From NCBI GenBank assembly GCA_011522975.1, contig WTHX01000063.1, positions 1-41,788 on the forward strand: a stretch of 41,788 nucleotides of DNA, given 5' to 3'. Both the position numbers and the translations under genes were made by a program. This stretch comes from Alphaproteobacteria bacterium. Its GTDB lineage: Bacteria > Pseudomonadota > Alphaproteobacteria > Puniceispirillales > UBA1172. Every line of letters begins with the position of its first letter. Position 1 is the first letter of the stretch. Shown here piece after piece: positions 17,097-24,287 of this stretch. The notes beneath the pieces were generated by a model. It did no database searches, was not told where the DNA came from, and worked only from the letters and a program-made list of their open reading frames with translations.

Positions 17097-18341
17097 ATGG
17101 ATAATCCTGCCGCGCGGCTAAATAAAATTATCCAAGACAGGCTTTGCATCGGCTGCGGGTTATGCGCCAGTTTTGCTGGCGATGACGCGATTGGTTTTGG
17201 GCTGAATGATGATGGTGATCTTGTCCCTTTTGCCCGTGATGGCCTGACCGATGCGGTGATGGATCAAGTCGATCAGATTTGCCCATCCATGCGGGTTGAA
17301 GGCCTGCCCCAACACCTGATTGATGACAGCCCCCATCATGATCTGGTCTGGGGGCCTCACCATGGGCTGAAGACAGGTCATGCGGGTGATGCGATGATCC
17401 GTCATATCGGTTCAACCGCAGGGGTGTTGACCGCTTTGGGATGTTTTTTGCTGGCGTCAGGTGAGGTTGATTTTATCGCCCATGTTAAAGTCGCTGATGA
17501 CCCGCCGCATCATGGCATGGCCACGATCAGCACCACCCAAGATGAGGTGATCGCGGCGGCGGGATCACGCTATGGGCCAACCGCGCCGTTGCGGCATATC
17601 ATGGCGCTTTTGGATCGCGGTCAGCCTTTTGCCTTGATCGCCAAACCTTGCGATTTAAACGCGGTTCGTAATCTGGCGCATCTTGATGAGCGGGTTGACC
17701 GTTTGATTAAATATTGGCTGACGCCAGTATGCGGCGGCTTTACCCCTGATGAAGGTTATCAGCAGTTCTTAGACCGCCACCACATCCCGAAAGAAGATGT
17801 TAAGGCCTTGCGTTACCGCGGCTATGGATGCCCTGGGCCAACGCAATTGACCATGGCGTCTGGTGAGACGAAGGACATTCATTATCTTGATTTCTGGGGG
17901 GATGATGAAAGCCATTGGGTCTTGCCCTTGCGCTGTAAAATCTGTCCTGATGGGATAGGTGAAGGGGCTGATCTGGCGGCGTCTGACACATGGGATGGCG
18001 GCTCACCTGATCGTGTTGAGAGCGAAACAGATCTGGGGTTAAACCATATGATCATCCGCACCAAGGCCGGAATGGAATTGGTGGAAAATGCGGTGAAAGC
18101 AGGGTATCTGACCATTACCACTGATGCCACGATTGACGACCTTAACCGCACCCAGCCGCATCAAGTCAAAAAGAAATATGCCGGGCTGGCGCGTGCCCAT
18201 GGGCTTGCCGAAGCAGGTAGCTTTGCGCCTCAACTGGTCAATATTCGTGCCGAAGCCCTTACAGATGCAGCCGGTGAAGATGCCTATGAGCGGGAAAAAC
18301 AAGGCAGTAAGAAAAGAGCATTGGCGTTAAAAAATAATTGA
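17097..18341 (+). CDS. Coenzyme F420 hydrogenase/dehydrogenase beta-subunit (FrhB/FdhB)-like flavo/FeS oxidoreductase
   Basis: N-terminal CIGCGLC cluster motif, GSTAGVLTALG, LIAKPCDLNAVRNL (the G/KPC motif of the FrhB_FdhB C domain), and later C-x2-C (CKICPDG). Starts 3 nt after the upstream stop. Confidence 0.6.
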   Translation: MDNPAARLNKIIQDRLCIGCGLCASFAGDDAIGFGLNDDGDLVPFARDGLTDAVMDQVDQICPSMRVEGLPQHLIDDSPHHDLVWGPHHGLKTGHAGDAMIRHIGSTAGVLTALGCFLLASGEVDFIAHVKVADDPPHHGMATISTTQDEVIAAAGSRYGPTAPLRHIMALLDRGQPFALIAKPCDLNAVRNLAHLDERVDRLIKYWLTPVCGGFTPDEGYQQFLDRHHIPKEDVKALRYRGYGCPGPTQLTMASGETKDIHYLDFWGDDESHWVLPLRCKICPDGIGEGADLAASDTWDGGSPDRVESETDLGLNHMIIRTKAGMELVENAVKAGYLTITTDATIDDLNRTQPHQVKKKYAGLARAHGLAEAGSFAPQLVNIRAEALTDAAGEDAYEREKQGSKKRALALKNN

Positions 18342-18354
18342 CGTCATCATTCGC

Positions 18355-18383
18355 TTGACAGCACCAGAGCCCATGGATAATGA
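18355..18383 (+). promoter_or_regulatory. Sigma70-type promoter TTGACA-N15-GATAAT driving the riboswitch leader
   Basis: TTGACA at 18355-18360 and GATAAT at 18376-18381 (alternatively N17-TAATGA), about 10 nt before the riboswitch begins. Confidence 0.5.
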
Positions 18384-18389
18384 TTTACA

Positions 18390-18610
18390 TATATTGGTGA
18401 CCAAGGCCAAAGGCCGAGGTAGAATAGGGAATTCGGTGCGCCGTATCCATCAGGAAGCAAATCCGAAGCTGTACCCGCAACTGTAGATGGTTGATGTATG
18501 CCCTAACGCCACTGGACGGATCGTATCCAAACCATAGGGGGTTCGTTTGGGAAGGCGGTATGCATCTAAAACCATAAGCCAGAAGACCTGCCAATGTGAA
18601 GCAACCAACT
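18390..18610 (+). promoter_or_regulatory. Cobalamin (B12) riboswitch
   Basis: Conserved core in canonical order: AGGGAA (18426-18431), CGGTG (18434-18438), AAATCCGAAGCTGTACCCGCAACTGTA (to 18485), GCCACTGG (18508-18515), GGGAAGGCGG (18549-18558), B12 box AAGCCAGAAGACCTGCC (18576-18592). Possible P1: TTGGT (18394) with ACCAA (18604). Boundaries are approximate. No cmsearch run. Confidence 0.85.
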
Positions 18611-18640
18611 TGGGGCGGGTGTCCCCTCATGGAGTGAAAC

Positions 18641-18820
18641 ATGGCGCAAACTATCCTCGAAGCACGCGACCAATCCGTCGTGCATCCCAATGGCTCACCA
18701 GACCGAGCAACCCAATCTGAATTTGATCTGACAAGTTTCAGCATCTTTAACGCTTGCCTGATGGCAATGGTGATCGCCGCCCCGATTTGGGCGTCCATCG
18801 CGTACATCTTAATGCGTTAA
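18641..18820 (+). CDS. 59-aa small membrane protein (below the ORF-track length cutoff), first gene after the B12 riboswitch
   Basis: My translation: MAQTILEARDQSVVHPNGSPDRATQSEFDLTSFSIFNACLMAMVIAAPIWASIAYILMR. GGAG (18631-18634) lies 6 nt before the ATG. The C-terminus is a single hydrophobic helix. It fills the otherwise unexplained gap of about 250 nt between the riboswitch and the ABC genes. Confidence 0.55.
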   Translation: MAQTILEARDQSVVHPNGSPDRATQSEFDLTSFSIFNACLMAMVIAAPIWASIAYILMR

Positions 18821-18857
18821 AATCTCTTTCAAGGGATTTCCTTTTTGGAATATCAAG

Positions 18858-19613
18858 ATGCTGAATGTTCACCAGATCGCGCTGGGCTATAATGGCACGC
18901 CGCTCATCCAAGATTTGACCTTTGCGTTAAATCAAGGTGAGGTTTGTGCTGTTATTGGGCATAATGGGTCAGGCAAATCCACTTTGATGCGGACCTTGCT
19001 TGGCATACAGCCGCCGCTTGTAGGCAAAATCGAATGGCAGGATGTTGCGCATGACGGCCAGCCCCGAAATATCGCCTATCTTGGCCAGAGCGCTGATCTT
19101 GACCATCAATTTCCGATGCGGGTCAAAGATGCTGTCGCCATGGGGGCTTGGAAAGGGCTTGGGTTTTGGACAGGCATTGATCAAACCAAGGCAGATCGCA
19201 TCGACTATGCCCTGACGCGAACAGGCCTGACGGATATGGCGAATAAGCCTTTATACGCCTGTTCTTCGGGGCAAATGCAGCGCTGTTTCTTTGCCCGCGC
19301 CATTGTTCAAGACTCCCCAATACTTCTGTTGGATGAACCGTTTTCAACAATTGATCAAACAACGCAATCACGCTTGGTTGAGATCATCAAAGAATGGCGG
19401 CAAGAAGGCCGGGGGGTGATGATTGTTTTGCATGATCTGTCGGCGGTTATGGGGATTGCGGATACGTGTTTGCTGTTGGGGGATGGCCGGGCTTCTTTTG
19501 GTCAGGCTGAAGACATCATCACCATCGATAACTTGATCGCCCATCATTATTTATCTGAAACCCAAGCCGAATGGCTCACGCTCCTGCAACAAAAAGGAGT
19601 GCAGAATGTTTGA
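18858..19613 (+). CDS. Metal ABC transporter ATP-binding protein (ZnuC/MntA-like)
   Basis: Walker A GHNGSGKST, signature SSGQMQRCFFARA, Walker B ILLLDEPFSTID, H-loop VLHDL. Size of about 250 aa, typical of the ABC-3 system ATPase. Confidence 0.9.
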   Translation: MLNVHQIALGYNGTPLIQDLTFALNQGEVCAVIGHNGSGKSTLMRTLLGIQPPLVGKIEWQDVAHDGQPRNIAYLGQSADLDHQFPMRVKDAVAMGAWKGLGFWTGIDQTKADRIDYALTRTGLTDMANKPLYACSSGQMQRCFFARAIVQDSPILLLDEPFSTIDQTTQSRLVEIIKEWRQEGRGVMIVLHDLSAVMGIADTCLLLGDGRASFGQAEDIITIDNLIAHHYLSETQAEWLTLLQQKGVQNV

Positions 19614-20445
19614 GTGGCTTGAGTATGATTTCATGCAGCGCGCCTTGGTGGCGACCTCTGTTTTGAGCGTTTCGATCGCCCCTGTTGGAGCGTTTTTGGT
19701 GCTTCGCCGTTTGTCGCTTGCGGGTGAGGCCATGGCCCATGCGATTGTCCCCGGGATTGTGATTGCTTTTGTGATTTTTGGCTTATCGGCGGTTTCAATG
19801 ATCACTGGCGGGTTGATCGCTGGTATTTTGGTGGCTTTGGGCACGTCGATGCTGGCACGCCGCACCTTGATCAGAGAAGACGCATCATTGGCCTCGCTTT
19901 ACTTAATCGCGCTTGCTCTGGGGATTTTTATCCTATCGGCGGCGGGCTCAGCCATACCGCTTAAGAGTTTTCTTTTTGGCTCTGCTTTGGGGATTGGTGA
20001 TGACACATTAATTTTGATCGGGGTGACAGCCACCATCACGCTTTTGACCTTTGCTGTCATGTTGCGGCCTTTGATTGCGGCGACGTTTGATCCGATCTTT
20101 TATGAAAGCCAATCGCATCGCCCTGGGCTGGTGCAGCAATGGTTTATGTTTGTGCTGGTGTTGAACTTGCTGGCAGCGTTTAAATCTTTGGGCACGCTGA
20201 TGGCGGTGGGGTTGATGATTCTGCCGGCAACAGCGGCGCGATATTGGGTTTCCACCATCACCAGTTATATGTTTCTGACCCTGATCTTTGCGATCTTGAG
20301 TTGTTGGATTGGGCTTATTTTATCCTTCTACCTCAGCCAAGTGCCAACAGGCCCTGCCATTGTGCTGGTTGCAGGTGGGTTCTTCTTTTTCAGTCTATTT
20401 TTTGCCCCATTGGGGATCATCTGGGGACGTGCCGTACAAAAATAG
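19606..20445 (+). CDS. Metal ABC transporter permease (ABC-3 family, ZnuB/MntB-like)
   Basis: N-terminus FMQRALVATSVLSVSIAPVGAFLVLRRLSLAGEAMAHAIVPG is the ZnuB-type signature. 8-9 hydrophobic spans. 8-nt overlap with the ATPase gene. Confidence 0.9.
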   Translation: MFEWLEYDFMQRALVATSVLSVSIAPVGAFLVLRRLSLAGEAMAHAIVPGIVIAFVIFGLSAVSMITGGLIAGILVALGTSMLARRTLIREDASLASLYLIALALGIFILSAAGSAIPLKSFLFGSALGIGDDTLILIGVTATITLLTFAVMLRPLIAATFDPIFYESQSHRPGLVQQWFMFVLVLNLLAAFKSLGTLMAVGLMILPATAARYWVSTITSYMFLTLIFAILSCWIGLILSFYLSQVPTGPAIVLVAGGFFFFSLFFAPLGIIWGRAVQK

Positions 20446-20465
20446 GGCGGTGGATACTGGTTATC

Positions 20466-21359
20466 ATGAAAAAAATATCTCTCTTTAAACCGATTTTTCT
20501 GATGGTCATTGCCCTGGCCAATTCGTCATGGGCCAACCCGTCTTGGGCCAAGGTCAATGTGGTGGCGAGTTTTTCGATACTGGGTGATATGGTTGCTGAA
20601 GTGGCAGGCGATAAAGCCCATGTCACCACCATTGTTGGGCCTGATGCTGATGCCCATCTTTATCAACCCAATACAGGGGATGCGGTTGCAGTCGCCAAAG
20701 CAGACCTTGTGATTGTCAATGGCTTGGGGTTTGAAACATGGTCGGCTCAATTGATCAAAACATCAGGCACGAAAGCCACCATCGCTGTCGCCACTGATGG
20801 CATTACCCCGCTTTTGGTGGAAGGTGCGGTTGACCCCCACGCGTGGAATTCCCTCACCAATGGTATGATTTATGTCAATAATATCGAAGCCGCATTATCC
20901 GCCGCCAGCCCACAAGATGCGGCGTATTTTAAAGCCAATGCCAATGCTTATCGGGCGCAAATGATGGCGCTTCACAACCGTGCTCTGGCGGATATTACAA
21001 CATTGCCCGAAGGCAAACGCATTGTTGTGACAGCCCATGATGCGTTTGGATATCTTGCCGATGCTTATGGTTTGACATTCCTAGCCCCGCAAGGGATTGA
21101 TACCGAAGCCGAGCCTTCAGCCAAAGAATTGGCAGCGTTAATCGCTTTCCTCAATGAACAAGGGGCGGGCGCGTTGTTTGTTGAAAATATCGCCAATGCT
21201 GATCTCATCGAACAAATTTCAAGGGAAACAGGGATTAAAATCGGGGGGCGGATATATTCCGATGCCCTGTCGGTCAAAGGCTCACCCGCGACATCTTATC
21301 TTGCTATGTTTGCCCATAATCTTGACGTGCTGACAACAACGCTTGCGGCGTCCAAATAA
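20466..21359 (+). CDS. Metal-binding periplasmic protein (TroA/ZnuA cluster A-I type) without a His-rich loop
   Basis: Signal peptide MKKISLFKPIFLMVIALANSSWA. Candidate ligands DAHLYQP, DPHAWNS, AHDAFGY, YSDAL (a His-His-His-Asp pattern like TroA). Only a short segment precedes DPHAW, where ZnuA carries its His/acidic loop. The ORF-track start at 20244 would overlap the permease gene by about 200 nt. Confidence 0.85.
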   Translation: MKKISLFKPIFLMVIALANSSWANPSWAKVNVVASFSILGDMVAEVAGDKAHVTTIVGPDADAHLYQPNTGDAVAVAKADLVIVNGLGFETWSAQLIKTSGTKATIAVATDGITPLLVEGAVDPHAWNSLTNGMIYVNNIEAALSAASPQDAAYFKANANAYRAQMMALHNRALADITTLPEGKRIVVTAHDAFGYLADAYGLTFLAPQGIDTEAEPSAKELAALIAFLNEQGAGALFVENIANADLIEQISRETGIKIGGRIYSDALSVKGSPATSYLAMFAHNLDVLTTTLAASK

Positions 21360-21369
21360 CAGCAAAAAG

Positions 21370-21391
21370 AAAAGCCCCAAAAGGGGCTTTT
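21370..21391. terminator. Bidirectional rho-independent terminator between convergent genes
   Basis: AAAAGCCCC-AAAA-GGGGCTTTT. The A-run and T-run flanks allow function on both strands. Confidence 0.75.
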
Positions 21392-21420
21392 CAGACCATG
21401 CAAGGATACATGATGGTGAA

Positions 21421-22611
21421 TTATTCAGCGGCGACTTTCATCGGCTGCTTATTGGCTGTGTAGAAATCAACCGCAGCACCAACGCCAGCACCTGATGTAA
21501 ACGGAATGCCGACATTGCGCATTGCCATTTCAACACCCCCCAATGCTTGTAGCACCATGATTTCATTGAGCCAGCCCAAATGACCAATGCGGAAGACTTT
21601 ACCGTTTAGAATGCTAAGCCCACCGCCTAAAGAGACATTATATTGATGATAGGCCGTTTTAATCACGTCATTGGCGTCAAAACCGTCACCGACTTTAATC
21701 GCGGTGACTGTATCTGAATGCCATTGTGGGTCTTGGCAACAATTAGTCAGCCCCCAAGCCGATACCGCCTGACGAACACCTTCTGCCAAATGGTTGTGGC
21801 GGGCGGCGATATTATCCATGCCTTCATCAAGCAGCATATCGATCGATTTTCTAAGCCCGCGCAGCAATGTTGCGGCTGGCGTATAAGGGAAATACCCTGT
21901 GGCATTGGCTTTGATCATGTCTTCAAAGCTGAAGAAACACACAGGCAAATCAGACGTATTGCGCTTGGCCAAGGCTTTCTGGCTGACCCCAACAATGGCC
22001 AAGCCTGTTGGCATCATAAAGCCTTTTTGCGACCCGGCAACGGCGATATCAATACCCCAGTCTTCCATGCGAAACTCAAGCGAACCCACAGAACTGACGC
22101 CATCAACAAACAATAGGGCAGGGTGACCAAGGTCATCCAGCATATCGCGGACGGCTTTAATATCGCTGGTCACACCAGTTGCGGTTTCATTATGGCAAAC
22201 CAAGACGGCTTTGATGGCGTGGGTTTTATCCGCTTCAAGAGCGGCGCGGTATTCAGCCATAGGCACGCCGCGGCCCCATTCAACTTCCACGTTATGGACA
22301 TCAAGACCAAAACGTTGGCACATATCAACCCACAACCATGAGAATTGACCAAATGATGAGCTCAGGACTTTGTCGCCTGCGTTTAATGTATTGGCGATGG
22401 CTGACTCCCATCCGCCTGTACCTGAGCCAGGGAAAATAAAGACTTGGCCAGTTTCGGTGCGGAAGACTTTTTTCAGGTCCGCCAATAATGGCATGGTAAA
22501 TTCTGGAAAATCTGGGGCGCGATGATCTTCAAGCGGCACTTCCATGGCTTGACGAATTTCAAACGGCATATTCGTTGGGCCAGGAACGGCGAGACATTTA
22601 AATCCAGTCAT
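21421..22611 (-). CDS. sgaA: Serine--glyoxylate aminotransferase (class V PLP aminotransferase)
   Basis: Long colinear similarity to Methylobacterium SgaA as I recall it: VPGPTN, FPGSGTGGWESA, GDKVL...FGQFS.LW.DM.QR.GLDV, KAV.V.HNETATGVTS, GHPALLFVDGVSS.GSL, AGSQKG (PLP Lys), GYFPYTP, VFRIGH.G. I prefer ATG 22611 (GGAG 6 nt upstream). The alternative is 22623. Confidence 0.85.
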   Translation of the reverse strand: MTGFKCLAVPGPTNMPFEIRQAMEVPLEDHRAPDFPEFTMPLLADLKKVFRTETGQVFIFPGSGTGGWESAIANTLNAGDKVLSSSFGQFSWLWVDMCQRFGLDVHNVEVEWGRGVPMAEYRAALEADKTHAIKAVLVCHNETATGVTSDIKAVRDMLDDLGHPALLFVDGVSSVGSLEFRMEDWGIDIAVAGSQKGFMMPTGLAIVGVSQKALAKRNTSDLPVCFFSFEDMIKANATGYFPYTPAATLLRGLRKSIDMLLDEGMDNIAARHNHLAEGVRQAVSAWGLTNCCQDPQWHSDTVTAIKVGDGFDANDVIKTAYHQYNVSLGGGLSILNGKVFRIGHLGWLNEIMVLQALGGVEMAMRNVGIPFTSGAGVGAAVDFYTANKQPMKVAAE

Positions 22612-22711
22612 AACATTCTCCATTTCAATATCTTAAAATGTTCTAAAGGGAATTGGACATTGGCAGGAAAAAACAAACAGAACACGTAAATTAATGTAAA
22701 TGTGTTTAAAG

Positions 22712-22748
22712 TTAACAAAACAACTAAACTATTTGTTAATTTGTTAAT
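22712..22748. promoter_or_regulatory. Candidate operator in the sgaA / regulator divergent region: TTAACAAA-N12-TTTGTTAA plus a tandem TTGTTAAT
   Basis: Perfect 8-bp inverted repeat (22712-22719 with 22732-22739). ATTTGTTAAT-TTGTTAAT direct repeat at 22731-22748. AAACTATTTGTTAA loosely resembles the corynebacterial RamB box A(A/G)AACTTTGCAAA. Confidence 0.35.
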
Positions 22749-22829
22749 GTGCTCTATCTTGATTATTGAGGCTTTTGATCTAACGATTGAATCAAGGCTG
22801 ATCTTTAATGACGGTCAGGAGAATACGAT

Positions 22830-24278
22830 ATGAAGTCTTTTGCTGGAAAACCAAACACGGGCAAGGCCTATACAGGCAAAACATTTGTTGGGCCTCGATT
22901 GCGGCAACTCAGGCGAGACCATGGTCATACCCAAGCGGATATGGCCAGCAGACTGGGGGTCAGCGCCGCTTATATCAATTTGATGGAACATAATCAGCGC
23001 AGCCTATCGGTGCGCGTTTTGGTGGGCTTGCTTGAATCCTATGGCGTCGATTGGCAGGATTTGGTCAATGATGTTGATGACAAGACCTTTGATGATTTGC
23101 GCCAAGCGATGAAAGACCCGTTCTTTGGTGAAGGCCAATTGGACCCGCGGGAAATGCGGTCGGCGATTGATAACGCCCCTAATTTGGTGGAATATTTTCT
23201 GAAAATGCACGGCGAATACCGCAATCTTTTGGAAAATGTCATGCGGATTGGCAATGAACGGATGCCCGATGAATTGCTGGCATCCTCACCTGAAACCGTG
23301 GTGCATGATTTTTTCCGCAACAATTCCAATTATTTCCCCGGGCTTGAACAAGCCGCCAGCCAATTGCGCAGCGCGTTAAAAAAAGAAAGCGACATGACCT
23401 ATATGGCTTTGCGCCAACGCTTGCAGAAAAAGCATGGTATTGATGTGGTCATCACAGCGGTTGAAGACATGGGGGAGGCGTTAAGGGTCTATGATGAAGA
23501 CCAGAAAACCATCCAATTGTCTGAAGGGCTCGACCATATCAACAAAGTCTTTCAATTGGCCCATGTCAGTTGTTTTCTTGAATTTACTGAAGTTTTAGAG
23601 AGCATCACCGACCGCCTGTCAGACCCACGAGATGGCGTGGTGAAACGCTGTCAGGTGGAATTGGCCAATTATTTTTCAGCCGCCCTTTTGATGCCCTATG
23701 ATGATTTCGTCAAAATGGCGAAAGAAACACGCTATGATATCGACCGGCTTGCGGCACGGTTTGAAGTGTCGTTTGAACAGGTCTGCCACCGCCTGACGAC
23801 CTTGCAGAAAGATGGCAATAAAGGCGTGCCGTTTTTCTTCTTGCGGGTGGATAAAGCCGGCAATGTTTCAAAACGCTTTAATGCCACGTCTTTCCAGATT
23901 GCTGAATTTGGCGGGGCTTGCCCTGTCTGGAATCTGCATACTGCTTTTCGCACCCCCGGGGTTGTGATTCCACAATTTGTTGAATTGCCCGATGGTGAGC
24001 GTTTCTTCACCATCAGCCGCACCACAGAACGCCCCGCCTTTAGCCGCGATACCCAAGACCGGCGGCTGGTGTTATCGCTGGGGTGCAGCGTGACTCATTG
24101 CGATGATGTGATCTATGCCAATGCGTTTAAGATGAAAGATCAGCCTGAATTTTCGCAAATTGGCATCAATTGCCATCTTTGCCCAAGAGAAGCCTGCTCG
24201 CAACGTGCGCATCAGCCATTGATGACAGAATTGACGATTGACCCCAACCGCCGTGGCGGCACCCGATACGATGGGTAG
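22830..24278 (+). CDS. XRE-family regulator with ImmA/IrrE-like (DUF955) and Cys-rich DUF2083 domains (RamB / PrpR / ScfR type)
   Basis: HTH LRQLRRDHGHTQADMASRLGVSAAYINLMEHNQRSLS. Central ELANYFSAALLMPYDDF. C-terminal cysteines GGACPVWNLH, GCSVTHC and INCHLCPREACSQRAH. GGAG lies upstream of the ATG. Confidence 0.75.
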   Translation: MKSFAGKPNTGKAYTGKTFVGPRLRQLRRDHGHTQADMASRLGVSAAYINLMEHNQRSLSVRVLVGLLESYGVDWQDLVNDVDDKTFDDLRQAMKDPFFGEGQLDPREMRSAIDNAPNLVEYFLKMHGEYRNLLENVMRIGNERMPDELLASSPETVVHDFFRNNSNYFPGLEQAASQLRSALKKESDMTYMALRQRLQKKHGIDVVITAVEDMGEALRVYDEDQKTIQLSEGLDHINKVFQLAHVSCFLEFTEVLESITDRLSDPRDGVVKRCQVELANYFSAALLMPYDDFVKMAKETRYDIDRLAARFEVSFEQVCHRLTTLQKDGNKGVPFFFLRVDKAGNVSKRFNATSFQIAEFGGACPVWNLHTAFRTPGVVIPQFVELPDGERFFTISRTTERPAFSRDTQDRRLVLSLGCSVTHCDDVIYANAFKMKDQPEFSQIGINCHLCPREACSQRAHQPLMTELTIDPNRRGGTRYDG

Positions 24279-24287
24279 TCCAATTCT

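Noticed and set aside
18385-18807. 140-aa minus-strand ORF in the ORF track
   Set aside because: It lies antisense across the cobalamin riboswitch and the small plus-strand ORF. It has no SD or recognisable motif. The conserved riboswitch sequence on the plus strand explains the region better.
18641-18820. Identifying the small ORF as CbtB, the small subunit of the CbtAB cobalt transporter that is also riboswitch-regulated
   Set aside because: CbtB as I recall it has an N-terminal TM helix followed by a His-rich, Cys-containing C-terminal tail. This peptide has the opposite topology (polar N-terminus, C-terminal helix), only one His, and no adjacent cbtA.
20244-20465. Long N-terminal extension of the metal-binding protein ORF. 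The same issue applies to the extensions at 7210-7359, 12697-12801, 13874-13939 and 1261-1314.
   Set aside because: Each extension overlaps the 3' end of the upstream gene in another frame and lacks conserved sequence. Internal ATGs with SD sequences give proteins starting at the expected signal peptide or family N-terminus.
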